This document shows, piece by piece, positions 14,764-30,740 of a DNA stretch of 64,000 nucleotides (positions are counted from its first letter, which is position 1; each line of letters opens with the position of its first letter). A program made the translations under genes and the position numbers. Source of the DNA: Octopus sinensis (Eukaryota); the NCBI RefSeq assembly GCF_006345805.1, contig NC_042998.1:145948001-146012000 (forward strand), given 5' to 3'. Under the pieces are notes generated by a model, which was not told where the DNA came from, ran no database searches, and saw only the letters and a list, made by a program, of their open reading frames with translations.

Positions 14764-14902
14764 CATAATCATTATTTCTTACTTTGTAATTATTTTTGGG
14801 CATCTTTCCATTTAACTTTTCAGCGTATTACAATTTTCACAAATCTTCAAGCGGAAAAAATTCCGGAATATACCGAGTTATTTTATGTAAGACACACCTC
14901 TC

Positions 14903-14948
<46 letters not shown>

Positions 14949-17177
14949 TTAATATATTCATACAGTTTCTTTGAGAGCTCTCGTTAATGACATTCAGGAC
15001 AAACTAACGATGTTTAAATTGGACAAACTGGCGGCATTCCAAACTCGTCTGTTCATTATAAACTAGTAGAGAACGCCGTTATGTCAAATGGTCACAATTA
15101 AAACTACTCGAGTGGAAATTTAATAAACTAATCAATGTCTGCAAGCATGTCTGTGTAGAATGGACCGAAAGGCTTCAGATTTTCCTGACAGATAAGGTTA
15201 GATTTCATTTCAGATGATGCCATTGGTCATATCGTTATTAATATATTCGATCTGCATGACGCAACTGGCGAATAAACCAGACGTTTGCCATCAATGAGAT
15301 TTTAGCAGTATTCACTGTCTCTCTCTCCCTCTTTCTTTCTTTCTTTCTTTCTCTCTCTCTCTCTCCTTCTCACACCTACACACACATGCAAATATACACA
15401 GATATATGTATTGGTTTTTGGTTTTATGTGTGTTATAGCGTTTTTTGCTGCGTAAACTACTTCGATTCGTTTATATGCATACCTGCAATTTATATACATA
15501 CATACATGCATGCATGGGCATACATACATACGTACATACATACTTACATACATACATACAGGGAGACAGATATTCAGACATACATACACATACACACACA
15601 TACATACATGCATGCGTGCATACATACATACATACATACATACATACATACATACATACATACATACATACATACATACATACATACATACATACATACA
15701 TACACGCACGCATAAGGAAGAATGGAGAATTAAACATCTTAAAATGTATTTATTAAAGCATTATCCCCATCAAATTCCAGTCCGACACTTGTCCTAGAGT
15801 CCTTTGATGTAGCAGTTATGTGTATTTAGTTGATTTAAATTGAAATCAGTCCCATTAAATATTCATCCATCCAAAGCAGACTTTTCTATGCAGCTTTGCA
15901 CGAGCTTTTATCCATGTGGGTGGGTGAAGCGAACTGAAGATTCAAGTATTAGACAGTCCTTCTTAAAGTATATTCTAAGTGGAGGATCATAAACCTCAAG
16001 GAAGAGTTTGCATTGAAATATGACGTGACTATAGTTCTAGTATCTCTTAGACTAAAAATGACCTTTTTAAATATTAAGAGGACAAATTATTTTATACACT
16101 TAGTTGTAGTAAGAACCTTAATTTTGTCAGAATGCATTCATACCGCTGACCACACATAATAAATCAACAGATTTAAAAGGAATCGAAAGAAGAAATATAT
16201 ATCGTTTCACTTGTGTGGTCAGACCAATCCATAGCAATAAAGTTTTATACTTTTTGGAATATTAAAACTTTTTTATCAATTGAGATGAATAAAGTGAATT
16301 GAAATTCTAACCATATTCTCTTATTTCACAAAGAAATAATTGTGAGAATTAGTTCAAATTTGTTCAAATCTAACTTTTCGATTATTTGACTAGGTTAACT
16401 TATGTATGTGCCTTTTACCAACGTGATTTCTAATTAAAAACCTTTATTTGTAAAATACTTTTCTAAATGAATACGCGCATTTTACTATTAATTTGCTTCC
16501 GCGATTTAATAACTAGCAATTATAGGTAAGGATATGGCACATGTCTTCCAACAGAGGTCACATTTTGAATTCTCAATAGTTTACGGTGAAGCGCTTCTAA
16601 TAATTAACCATTTTTAATATCATATTTAGTGTCACTGTCCTTTAACATCCAGATGAACCCACTGAAAATTGTACAATTTCCTTTTTCCCTATTTTTGAAA
16701 GAAGAAAGGTATTTACGTAATTAATGTCAGTATAACATGAGCCTATGTAAAAATTAGAAATACCATCATGTTACTGTGCATCTGTAAACTAGGTCTTCTC
16801 TACTTCAAGAGGACATACTAATTTGCTCTTACAGTTACAATAATGCTTATTAACATTAACCCTGTGCTTACTATTGGTAGAAGTAGTATGTGCCTCGTCT
16901 ATAGCATTACGTGAAATCCAACGGAGCGAACTCGGGATTTACCGATCGAGTGAAGTACCGTTTAATTGTTAAACTTAAACAATTCTCTGTTTCCTATCAT
17001 TTGATGTAATTAGCCAGACCTGAATTATTTCAGATTGCTACTAAGGTACCTGCCCGAATTCCAAATCCCTATTCCTTTACGTTATGATCACACACACACA
17101 CACACACGCACGCACGCACGCGCGCACAAGCACGTACACATACGCACACATGCACACACATACACCACACACACACA

Positions 17178-17230
<53 letters not shown>

Positions 17231-17369
17231 TACATACATCTACATATATAAGCATATATATATATATGTATGTGTGCACGTGTACATATGTGTGCGCGCA
17301 CGTGTGTCTATGTGTGTGTAGTCATCTATGTGTCATACTTAATGTATATACATGTTGGTAGGCTTGTTA

Positions 17370-18020
17370 CTGCGTGGTATTCGCCCTGTGCTGACATCTC
17401 TTATGGGCATGTTGTATCAAAATTCAGTATCAGAAGACAACAACTCACCCCCCAGCAGCAACCAGAGAAGACAACACCGGATGCATTTCAGCCTTTTAAG
17501 AGCCTCCTTAATGACGTGTGCTCTTAGCCAGTCACATGTATGTCGCCTCCCATAGAAGAAACAGTGAATGCTTGACGTAAATTGTCGCTCCATTCCCTGT
17601 CAGTGAGATTTCTAAGATACCAAACACTTTCTTCACATGCGCTACTTCATTCTTAATAGAGTAAATCTAGTATTCTACAATACGGAGATGTGGGTCCTCT
17701 ATATTTGTCAGGTATGCATCAAAACCAGATCAGTTCAAGATTATCTAGGGTTCGTCCTCCTAAAACTCTCGGTAAGTAAAGCCTGTCGAATCTGCTTTCG
17801 AGTGATGCATATTCTCAATGGTCAGCATCTTTCTTGTCATGGTGTCCAGTCGCTTGATGTCATCCAGTCTCCAGTTGATGACGTTAAAACTATTCAGGAA
17901 TATGGCTATTACCGAGATGTTAATAGCTTTATATCTGTGATGTATATTCACTTCGATCCTCAGCACCATACGCAACGTTTTCATTTTGGGAATCCCCGAT
18001 ATTTTGTTTCAGAATAACAA
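17370..18020 (-). mobile_element. Degraded non-LTR retrotransposon RT C-terminal fragment, R4/Dong-like
   Basis: ORF 17760-17984 (KAINISVIAIFLNSFNVINWRLDDIKRLDTMTRKMLTIENMHHSKAD...GGR) matches the NKIKAIN...W...L..LD.KTRK.LT...HP.SD..RLY..R..GGRGL pattern from memory. Confidence 0.65.
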
Positions 18021-18213
18021 CGGTTATAGACACAGAGACATTGCTTGCCTAATAATTATAATTTCTTTTCTTCCTTTTTAAGATATGAGTGATAGCTTTC
18101 CCCTCGAGAATAGCTGAATTCATTCTCTTTTCATAAACAAACTGTTCTCTGATGGCCGGTTTGAGAAGTTAGTAAATATAGCCATAACATGCATTTGAAA
18201 TAATGGGGGTTAT

Positions 18214-18334
<121 letters not shown>

Positions 18335-18341
18335 ACATACA

Positions 18342-18375
<34 letters not shown>

Positions 18376-18414
18376 CATACATACATACATACAAACAAGC
18401 ATATACATATATAA

Positions 18415-18500
<86 letters not shown>

Positions 18501-19698
18501 CGCAAGCAGTCTTCATTAGAGACATGCATACGATGTGGTAGAAACATACATAAAGATATATTTGACAATTGTGATTCAGGTAATTATGGATGTGGTTACG
18601 ACTCGGTTTCTTTTTTTTTTTCTTTTCTTTTTGTTCCGTATTCATGCCATCTTTTACAGGGATCTCTCGAGTGGATTCCAGCAATGTGTTCTTGGAAATT
18701 CAACCTTTGTCAATGAATATAAAATTACAGAAGTTCTCTGCCAATTGATATTGTTCTCACAATGTAATCACAGCTGCAAAACTATCAAATGGCTTGCGTT
18801 TCTGTGAATTTTATCCAAATAATCCTTCTGCTATGTCGTTTAACCAATAGAAAATTTGTGCTTTTTCAGAGCTTTGGATGCATAAATCTGGATTAAATTT
18901 AAAAGAATGCATGAAGAAATTATATTTATGTCATCTTTGATTGTTCTTAGCTCTCTGGTGGGTAGTTGTGATGTTGTTATCGTCTTTGTTATTGATGCTA
19001 CTTCTAGTGTTATTGATGTTGTTCTCGGCGTTGGTGTTGGCGTCGACGGTGTTGTTGTTGTTGTTGTTGTTGACGATGATGATAATGATATTAATGGTGG
19101 TGGTCGTGGTGGTGGTGGTCGTGGTGGTGGTGGTTGTGGTGGTGGTGGTGATGGTGTTGTCGATATTGGATAAACAATGATCGTCTTAGGAATATTCCAC
19201 ATAATTGCTTTTCTTTAGATATGGTATACATAACACGAAGACACCCGTTCCTACTGTTTGTATACATGAATATATGCGTGTATAAATATATGAATGTATA
19301 TACATATATATGTGTGTATATGTGTGTGTGTTCTTTTATTCTTTTATACTTTTACTTGTTTCAGTCAAACTGCGACCATGCTGGAGCACCGCCTTTAGTC
19401 GAGCAGATCGACCCCAAGGCTTATTCTTTGTAAGCCTAGTACTTATTCTATCGTTTTCTTTTGCTGAACCGCTAAGTTACGGGGATGTAAACACACCAGC
19501 ATCGGTTGTCAACCGATGTTGGGGGGACAAACACAGACACACAAACATATGGCACGCACATACATATTATATATATATATATATACACAATCATACATAT
19601 ATATATAACAACAATCAAATATATATATGTACATATATATATGTACAATATATATATGTACATATATATATAATAGTATATATATATATATATATATA

Positions 19699-19774
<76 letters not shown>

Positions 19775-20052
19775 GGGGATAAATGTTTTTTATTTTCCTC
19801 TAGTTTCAGAATTACTATTTTTTGCGGTTTTGAGTTTTAGCTGCTCTTTTCAAGTGAGTCGAACGACCTTCTCAGGGTCATTCCTTAATATTTTGTTGAA
19901 TGTATCATATAGTCTCTGACTATTTCTATTTTCTCACTTGACCGCTGGTGGCAGAAAATTTTTCTTGAATTTTTTGTTACCCTTTTATATTGATATATAT
20001 GATATATATATTATATATATTATATATATATATAATATATATATATATATTG

Positions 20053-21191
20053 ACAAGATAAGAAAATGGAGAAATACATCTAAATCAAATATCAATTACC
20101 AGATAATGCTCAATCACATACTTTATTAAACACCACATAAGAGACTGTAGGGTTAAACATAAATATGCAGAACAAATCAGTGTACATAAAGGAATGTACA
20201 TAAAAAAGTGTACATAAAAGAGTGATGTTGTATAATATATATAAAAAAGAGAATATACATATAAGTAAATATAAATATAAGTTATATTATACATCTTACA
20301 GCTGTTTCGGCCATGTAGATAAGTATGTCTCATTTTTACCAATATTGGCCTTTTATGGTAGGTCAATATATAGATATAAATAAGACATTTACAAAAATAT
20401 CATAAGGCCTCCTCGGAGATATACATATACCTATGAGTGCATATACTCACACTCCTATACATATATAAAAAATATACATATACATAATATGTAAATAATA
20501 ATATAAATAGTAAACATATATACGTTCCATATTCAATGTTTCAGTTCTTCAACTTAATATTGTGATAATAAACATACACATATTAGTACCTAGATGCAAA
20601 TATACATAGTCAATTGTACATTATATTACTTCCTACTAATTTCCAAAGTGTCATTAAAGTTAGCATCATTATCGTTGTCAATACCATTAATGCTATCATT
20701 ATTATCATTCATAATATTATTAATAACGCTTACATTAGGATCCGAAGTGGCACATATGTATATCCGGGTTCCAATTAGTAATTTTCCTTATGACATAAAT
20801 ACACTATTGGATTTGAATTTAAATTATCATTGTCCTCATCATGGTTGGTCCGTTGAGAGCCGCCCCCACATGTAGATGTGGATGTAGATGTGTATGTTTT
20901 TCTTGTGCGGTGTGGTGTACAGTCTCTTATGTGGTGGTTTAATAAAGTATGTGATTGAGTATTATCTGGTAATTGATATTTGATTTAGATGTATTTCTCC
21001 ATTTTCTTATCTTGTATTAGTAATTTGTGTAAATCATTTTACCTTTGCCCATATAATACAGTAAATGAATTGATTGCATCGCAATCAATCCTTACATTTA
21101 TGTATTAACTTTGTTGGGTACTTCACTAGCAGTATATTGGATATATGTTATCCCATGGAGGGTTGCATTTACAACCCCTATCTCAATTTGT
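20053..21191 (-). mobile_element. Second copy of the inverted-arm Penelope-like element, opposite orientation
   Basis: 20053-20510 resembles the 2305-2830 arm; about 20510-20725 is the reverse complement of the spacer; about 20915-21191 is the reverse complement of 2127-2400. Flanked by (TA)n. Confidence 0.75.
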
Positions 21192-21438
21192 ATATATATA
21201 TATATATTATATATATATTATTATATATATATATATACTATATAAACAGCCATGCTCAATGTGTTACCATAGAGGAAAATATAATTATCACTAAATGCGA
21301 TCGATGGTGTCAAGACACCTCCGTTGCTAGAAATAAGAGCTAAAATGCTCTAATACTGTAGGAAAAGCACATAAATGTATACATCAGTACTCACAGAAGG
21401 TGCAATCGCCCAAAAACACCGACTCGAGAACTCCTTAG

Positions 21439-21480
21439 ACTGAACTTTAGTTTCGGCTATTTCTGTAGCCTCTTCAGTAA
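21439..21480 (-). ncRNA. Hammerhead-like motif with imperfect stem I
   Basis: CUGAAGA-GGCUA(CAGAAA)UAGCC-GAAA-C(UAAA)GUU^CAGU; core and stem II are perfect, but the first pair of stem I is mismatched. Confidence 0.55.
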
Positions 21481-22455
21481 TACATGCATAGGTGCACACA
21501 CACAAACATACATACACACATACATACATATACGCACATGCAAGCATATATGCATACATACATACATACATACATACATACATACATACATACCATACAT
21601 ACATACATACAATCATACATATATATATATATACACATACATATATACGCGCATATATACACACACATACGTACATGCATACACGTTTACATACATACAT
21701 TCGCTCATACATACACACATGATTATATACATACATACACACACACCTACATATACGCAATATACACCCATACATACATACATGCATATATTTATACGTA
21801 CACACATACACATGCTTATTACTCTTTCTTGTCATGTATATATACATAGAAAGACACATACATACACATACACCCATACATACATTACATACATGCACGT
21901 ACAAACGGATATATACATACACGCATACATATACACATACACATGTGCATTGTGTACACATAAGCATGGTATAAATCTCATCAAGAAGTTACCTTAGCTT
22001 CATTGTTTTCGATAGATTTAGTCAAATACAACACATCACGATTTAGTCGTATATAACACATCAGGTTCGATATGAAAAGCACTTAATTCAAGTAGCTGAA
22101 CAAGATACAGGAATTAGATATGAAGTGCTTTCATTATATGCGCCGCACTCTTCATAAATGTGACAAGATGGCGCTTATAGCTCTATGCGATCTGTGCGTA
22201 TATTGTAGGAGTATGTTCACATGAGAGCATATGCACATCTGTATAATACGGTAAATCTGCGACTATCTATATGTGTATACATTGTCGAAAATACATAAAC
22301 ATATAAAGCGTGCATACGTGTGCACACATACACGAACGCACGCACGCCGCACACCACGTACACAGACACAGACACACATACGTGCACATAATATTATATG
22401 ACATACTATTATATATATATATAATATATATTATATATATATATATATATAGTAA

Positions 22456-22499
<44 letters not shown>

Positions 22500-22761
22500 G
22501 AAATCAGAAAATGCTGACAAAATAATTTAAGTAAGAGAGAGTGTATTTAATTAGATGAAAGTTCTTTTTACAGGTTGCGCATTTGTTATGCTTATCAAAA
22601 GATATTTTGAGTGAGATAGAGTTCCCTTCTGATTGATTTCTTTCTCTTATCTGACTTTTTTATGTTGGGTTTGCTGTCTCTTATATGTGAAAAAAGAGGC
22701 TCCAGAGTTGTTTAAGATTTGCTTGGTTTCGCGCCTAAAATTTATATATATATATATATAT

Positions 22762-22809
<48 letters not shown>

Positions 22810-22817
22810 CAGGAGAA

Positions 22818-23008
22818 TTTCCACAAAAAAAAGACGAAGAAGACAGGTGGTGTAGACAACAAATAGATGTATTAGTATAACACTCCAGAAGTGAACTTTA
22901 TAACGCTCGGGAAGTGAAAAAGTCTTTAGCGTTTCGAGCCTACGCTCTTCCACAGAAAGGAACACAGCAAGAAACAAGGAGAGAAAATAAAGAATGTGTA
23001 GTGGCTAC
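22818..23008 (-). mobile_element. Short Penelope-pLTR-like repeat family B (about 170-190 bp); other copies 36199-36367 +, 50377-50540 +, 45365-45500 +, 42170-42345 +
   Basis: Shared hammerhead motif and T-rich flanks; three copies also share the CCACCTG..TTCGTCTTTT tail; the copies abut (TA)n or (TG)n. Confidence 0.7.
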
Positions 23009-23054
23009 ACACACACACACACACACACAAAACCACACTCCTTCGCACATACAT

Positions 23055-23163
<109 letters not shown>

Positions 23164-23961
23164 GCTCATATATATACATATGCATCTTTCCATTTATAAG
23201 TATGTTTGTGTGTATTTATGCATGCATGTATGAGTAGTATAATATATGGATTCAGAGAATCATATGGCTATCATAGTAAGCTCCTCATATGGATCCAGCT
23301 ATCAATCAACATAGCTATTAATTACTAAGCAGTTAAATGTAAAGTGTCAATGTAACTGAAAATCCAGAACATCCGAGTGATAAGATTATTTCGTGAGGAG
23401 AATATAAAAACATAAAGTCAGAAGATGGATATAGATTAATTTTACCGCTTGACTAACAGATAATTACGGCCGTTTCACACCCAGCTTCATGTAGCATCAT
23501 TTTGTATTATTTTCAGCATAGAAGAAAATATGCGTACATGTTTGCAATAATATGTGCGCTTGACATAATACAATACAACTGTATATTCACAAATTAATGC
23601 AAATAAAAAAAGTTAGTTCGTTAAATCACTGGAACATCCTGGTTAAACATACACACAAAATTCGTTCTTTCTGTATGCAAGGTATAGAAGGTCGGAACTG
23701 AGAAAAATAACATGTACATGCATACACATAATATGGTGTGTGTGTACATATGTATGTATATGGGCGTGTATGCGTATGTATGTGTGTGCGTGTATGTATG
23801 TATGTGTGTGTGTATGAATGTATATATAAATTGGTTGCCAAAAAGTATAGAAAATACAGGTGAACAAAATCTCTTAGACTATTTCCTTGTTACAATGTGT
23901 ATGTAAATTTGCCTATAAGCGTACACGCGTATAAATCTATTTGTGTGTGTGTGTGTGTGTA

Positions 23962-24145
23962 TAGGCGGCGAGCCGGCAGAAACGTTAGCACGCCGGGCGA
24001 AACGCTTAGCAGTGATTCGTCTCTCTTTACGTTCTGAGTTCAAATTCCGCCGAGGTCGACTTTGCTTTTCATCCTTTCGGGAGTCGATAAATTAAGTACC
24101 AGTTGCGTACTGAGGTCGATGTAATCGACTGGCCCCCTCCCCCAG
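23962..24145 (+). mobile_element. SINE family B (GGCGGCGAGCCGGCAGAAACG head; CTTTCATCCTTTCGGG.TCGATAAA body), representative copy
   Basis: B-box-like GAGTTCAAATTC. Other copies at about 8150-8720- (three in tandem), 13575-13775-, 47740-47895+, 55155-55330+, 57490-57610+, 58580-58690+. Confidence 0.8.
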
Positions 24146-24177
24146 AAGTGTGTGTGTGTTTTACAGAAAATATGTAC

Positions 24178-24244
<67 letters not shown>

Positions 24245-24965
24245 CAAGCAAATAGCTAAATAGATATATACATATATATGCCTATATATATATGTGTGTG
24301 TGTGTATGTGCGTGTGTGTGTGTGCGTGTATGTGTGTGTGTGTGAGTGTGAGCGAGTATAAGAGGGACAAACACAGAAATGTGCTATTGGAATAAGAGGG
24401 GGAGAAGAAGTAGGGGAAAAGAAATTAGATATGAAAATATTTCATAGCAAACTGCAGACAAGATCATAAATTTACTACATCCGATACCATGGGTAAATAT
24501 AAGGGTGTCTGTATGTGCATAAAACTGGATGATAATCTGCTGGTTGTAGGTCTATATAAATAGGTGTGTACGTGTATATGTGTGTGTGTGTAAGCGCGAG
24601 CGCGCGCGTGTGTGTGTGTGTAAGCGCGAGCGCGCGCGCGTTTGTGTGTGTGTGTGATGAGGGGAATAGGGCAGTGTAACACGCGCGACATTTGCATGCA
24701 TGCTGCGAGCTGTTTCTTTCAGTCTATAAAATGTTTCCGATTATAAAATACGTGATAGATAAACCCTGCTTAAAATCTTAATACACACTCACACACACAC
24801 ACAAATACAAACTCACACATACATACAAACTCATATACACACACATTGACACAGGTGCACAAGCATACACATATACACACTTCACACATACACACTTCAC
24901 ACACACACACACACACGTACACATACATACCATAACACCCACACATACATACATATATCTACAAC

Positions 24966-25007
<42 letters not shown>

Positions 25008-25255
25008 TATAATATATATATATATAATATATATATTAACATATATGTGTGTGTACATATACATATACATCCATATACATATATATATTCATATTCATAC
25101 GTATATAATACCTCTCTGACTGGTCTGCGGAGATCAAATGATCAAACAGATTTATAAACATGTCACTATCGTTTAAAGCAAATTAATGTAGTAGTGCATC
25201 TGGTGTGTGTGTGTATGTATGTAGTATGTATGTATGTAGTATGTATGTATGTATG

Positions 25256-25286
<31 letters not shown>

Positions 25287-25576
25287 TGTAATGTATGTAT
25301 GTATTAGTATGTATGTATGTATGTAGGTATTTATGTATGTGTATGTATGGATGTATGTATGTATTATGGTAGTATGTATGTATATGTATGTATGTATGTA
25401 TGCATGTATGTATGTATGTATGTATGTATGTATGTATGTATGTATGTATGTTATGTATGTATGAATGAATGAATGAATGTATGTGTGGTGTGCACGCACA
25501 TGCACGTATGTCTCTGTGTTTGTACGTTTTTCCGTCTGTCTATATACATGTAGTAGTGTGTATATATATTACATAT

Positions 25577-25612
<36 letters not shown>

Positions 25613-25734
25613 ACACATTATGTCTGTGTGGATAGATGAATGAATGATTTGCTGGATAGTGTTTATATATCCATATAGATGTGTGTACATTTGTGTGTGT
25701 GCGTGTGTGTTAATGGAAATCAAACATGAAAATA

Positions 25735-26130
25735 AAAGCAGCTTATCTGCCCCCACTTTCTGCTCGCCATCTTCCATGTCCAATAAGTTAGACATGAAAA
25801 CAAAAGATATTCATTTCTGCTGTCACCCACATCACCAATATCTACGCCATTTTGTTTCAAATTTAATTTGGGTTTCTTTGGTTATTTGTCAGTAATTCAA
25901 GATTGGATGTCAGAAGACCTAACAATATTTCTTAATAGCATCAAGTGAATCTACGTTCACAGCGACTTAGCTTAGATTTTTGATTTTGCAGTTAAATGCG
26001 TTGTTAATCTCCTCTGAAGTCAGATGAAGGTCTCTAATTTCCAGTTTTTCCCTCGCTGGCCGTTGGTTTCGTTGAATAAAATTTCAGTATTGGTCAATTA
26101 ATGAACCAGTTTGAATTCTGTGAATATAAA
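25735..26130 (-). mobile_element. Possible BEL/Pao LTR-retrotransposon relic (region before the integrase)
   Basis: A stop-riddled frame reads LTSEEINNA..IK, HPILN..IT, RRYW, EQK...DKL, weakly resembling BEL/Pao motifs. Pattern recognition only. Confidence 0.3.
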
Positions 26131-27161
26131 CAGATTTTCTTACCTTTTAACAATAGGCACAAATTGTTATGTCTTACTCGTTTTAGTTTCTGTATGACTA
26201 TGCAGGTACACAAAATGTGTAGGTATACAGGTAATATATATAATTATGAGCGACAGAAGCAGTGTTAACACGAAAAGATGATGTTTATTCCCACTTAAAA
26301 GTGGATGTTCTATTAGAACACACAATACTGCGTAGTTACCATGAGAGTAACCAAAAGCCAGTATGAGAGTTTCTTTCATGGTAACCGCAATATTCTGTTC
26401 CGACAGAACATCCAAATGGGGATAAATATCTTTTGGTACACACACACGCGCGCGCGATGCGCGCGCACGCATATATGTATATATATATATATTATTCACA
26501 CATACATACACACACATGCACGCTTATGTATGTATGTATGTATGTATGTATGTATGTATGCATCATGGCTGCGTTGTTAAGAAGCTCATGATATCGAGTT
26601 CAGTCTCGCTGTGCGGCACTTTGGACAAGTGTTTTCCATCCAATGCCTTGCGAGTGAATTTGGTAGATGGAAACTGTGGAAGTTGTGTATATATGTGTGC
26701 TTCTTTGTGTTTATTTTTGTACCCTATCTCCTCTTGACAACTGGTAATGCTTTGTTTACGTCTTTGTAATATAGCGTTTCGGCAGACGTGTTCGATACAA
26801 TAACTATCAGACTTAAAAATAAGTACTGTGGTTGATTTGTTCAACTAAAACCCGTCAGGACGATACCCCAGCATGGCCCCTGTCCAACGACTGGAACAAA
26901 TATCAGAATATTATATCAAAATTCACAACCTACTCTGGATTTCACTCGTAGCTGAGTGAACAGCCTAGCTAAGGGTGAAACTCAAAATACTTATAAATAT
27001 ATATCTATGGTAATCAGTGTATTGAGTTATATACCAGATAATATTTGCACTATGTGAAATATATTGCTAATATATTTTACATCTGTCACAGTACGATAGA
27101 TAGATAGACAGACATCCAGACAGACAGAATGACGGATACGCGCACACATATACGTGTGTGC

Positions 27162-27208
<47 letters not shown>

Positions 27209-27825
27209 GTAGTGTATGAGTTGTAAAGTGCATTAAAATATATTCTGCATTATTTGATATTAGGCTCAATATGTTGGGTAAAGTGAATAGGTATTTATTA
27301 TATCAAAAATTTCCTGTCGTGAACACCTCAGCCTAAATGATTCTTCTGACTTCTCTGGGAGTAGAGATGAGTTCAATTCATCAAGAATTTTTCTTGTACA
27401 GTATTTCATATACCCATATTTACCTTTATTATTCAAATACGTGCTACTCTGAGTTATTTTACTGACTTCATTTTCGTTTCAATTATCCGTATTACGTTGA
27501 CTATAAATGTCTTCTACTCTTTTTTTTGTATTTGTCTACCATCAACTGAACATCAAGTAGAAATGATGACGCTTATTGAAACAGAAACACGTGTCCATGA
27601 ATGACCTCTTGTCTCCAGACAATCAAACTGTCGGTTCCTTAATGACATGACCATGCTGGAGCATCTTTGTTTCTTGAGATTATCTCCCTTTTACGTTTTG
27701 AGTGGAAAACGGAGATGATTTTAATAAATTTTAATCTTGTATGCTATTTAATATAGACTTATACGTTCTAATACATGCTACAAGCCACTCTGCGTACATG
27801 TGTGTGTTTGTGTATGTGTGTGTGT

Positions 27826-27882
<57 letters not shown>

Positions 27883-30522
27883 CATACATACATACATTAC
27901 ATGCATGTGTGTGTACTTGTGTGTGTGTATGCACTTGTGTGCGAATGTGATAAACCTTTACGCAGCAAAATATATTTTTTTATGTAGAAAGAAATATGGT
28001 TTCCCAGACGAAATATAATTTTCTATCGAATAATGCGAAATTAGTTGATTGCTATGCAATATTTTAATGGAACACTGACCAGTAAAATGTATTAGACTGA
28101 TTCTTCATTGAAATAAGTGATCATTTCGACTGAACCAAATATATTTATATTTGCTAAGTATAAAAGACGGAAAATTGGTTTCTGAGAAATTCTACGATTT
28201 TATGGCAGTGAGATTCCTAAGTTGGTTGATTTAGATGGTTTTCACCTCTAATTCTCAATTTATTTTTCATATCCAACCATAAAAGTAATCTGTTTTTACT
28301 CTTTCGAACTTGGATATAGTTAAAGAAAGGCCTTCAAGATTATTAACAAACTATATTACTAAAACGATGGCATCTACATTCATTCTTTATACGTTCCAGC
28401 AGATTCGAGTGTGAGTATACTAATTGTTGTATTTCGTCATTGGAGAACAACTTCTTTCATAGCTACCCTGGATTAATGAATCTAAGAAAAGTTTTTGGCT
28501 CGCGTCAACAAATAATTTGTTGAATTTATAAACAAAAGCCAAATACACTATAGTTATAGCTGGTTGGTTTCCTACCTCCTCCTTCTGCTTGTTTCCCACC
28601 TGATGATGATGATGATAATTTTGGAGTACTTGCACTACTGTTTCGTCCTGGATAAGCCATTTTTTTTTAAAAAAAAGGGGGATTGATAATGTTTACGTAA
28701 GTCATGATCAATAAAGCTGTGTAACATTTATTTTTGTCTTTTTTTTCTTTTTCTTTCTTTTTTTTTTCAGTAAGTGCTATTTCCTATTTGCTTCTATATA
28801 GAAATCAAAGGAAATAACGACTATTCTTTTCAAACATTGCTTTTGTGACCTGGACATCAACGTTTTGAAACTGAGCTTTTTTCCATTATTTTTCAGATAG
28901 ACTCAGTGCTGAGTTACCGAAGCAGAAATATCGTTATAGAAAATATTTTGCCACAGATTTGCTTCTCAGTTGCTTGACCATAACTACTTAAGTATGTCAC
29001 TTAGTGCTTGACAATATGTGCATCTCTGATTATGCACGGGAGTAGTGGGGGAGTATCATGGCCATGTGTTGAGAGGGACTGGGCGGGGTGGGGGGCTAAT
29101 AAATGTAACAAAAGCAAAGTTTGAAAGAAATATTAGCCTTTTCATAGTTTCTAGGGGTAAGCAGATAGGACAAAAACCGTGTTACACAGTGTAAATGAAA
29201 TAAACTATCGAGAAATATGTATTGATTTCTCAGAATGAAACGATTGGGTACAGCTGTTTGGACGCTAATAATTTGGCAGGGCTGGCTGGGCACATGCGCA
29301 ATCGCGCACAAATATGTGCATACAGATAGAGAGAGTGAGAGACAAAGAGAGAGGAATAACAATTTATTAACTGAGCACGATAAATTTCCCATCTCTTTAT
29401 ACACATGAAGAGAAATATGCTCACACAAATAAACAGAGAAAGGTGGAGGAAGGAAGGGAGAGAGAGGGAAATGCTAAAATGTCTGAATCCAAATAAGTCA
29501 GTGTCAAATCAGCGACGCCAATTAAGTGGCGCCATAAATGCGATGCCAAATGCATCTCAACCCCATAATTTCTATCCATTGTCTAAATATTATCAGTAGG
29601 GAAGGGAAAATCTATCGTATATCTCTCTCTTGTTCTGACAATGTGCTTGCTACCGGTGATAATACCTAAATAAACACCAAACACAGAAATAAAGATTTAT
29701 TTTAAAAAAAAAAGGGTTTTGATGCGTTGAATCGAACTATCGAGTTTATGATAACCATTAAACGGAACACTGGAAAATCGATTATAAACGTGGGTTTTCG
29801 TGTTCTTTTTCAGCAGGAGTTGTTATGAGGTTTAAAAAAAACACCACACCGGAATTTCTTAATCTACTTAAAATCGGTTTTATTCAGCTCACATAAATCA
29901 GTTTAATTCAAAACAAGTAGTTTTATTTTTTTTTATCGCTGGTATCGAGAGAGAAATATTTATTCTTCACCACTTTGTATAAAATCAACAGCTTAGACGT
30001 CGCCATTTTCCATAAAACCTGGATTTCCGTTTGCTCTTCAACAAGAGTTACAGGAGGTAATCCAACTCAGAACATTTCAATCTATTTGAATCGGAAAATC
30101 GCTCCAAGCAATAAAATATCCCTTTCTTTTTAATGGAATTGTTTTACATTAGGTTATTTTTAAATTGATTAAGCGTCCCGTAGTATATTTCGATCCCTTA
30201 AATCTTGGTAATCATTATTAAACTTTAATTATATTAATTATTTATAAGCGAAAATCCTGTTAATTAATTGTAAACGTAAAAACAAATTCGTAATTGAATT
30301 TTTTTGTCACACGTTTGTAGCCACATACAAACACATTCATACATGTACACACATACGCAGGCATGGCTATGTGGTTAAGAAGCTCGCTTTACAACCACGC
30401 AATTTCGGGTTCAGACACACTGCACGGAACTTTGGATACCTCGGGTAAGTTTCTTCTTCAAGTCCTGAGCTGACCAATGCCTTGTGAGTGAATTTGGTGG
30501 ACGGAAAGTGTGTGGAAGCCCG

Positions 30523-30647
<125 letters not shown>

Positions 30648-30663
30648 TGAGTGCGTGCGTGGG

Positions 30664-30740
<77 letters not shown>

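Noticed and set aside
18840-19202. Pro/Thr-rich (minus) and Gly/Val-rich (plus) ORFs
   Set aside because: A compound trinucleotide microsatellite (GTT/GAT/GGT), not a mucin or glycine-rich gene.
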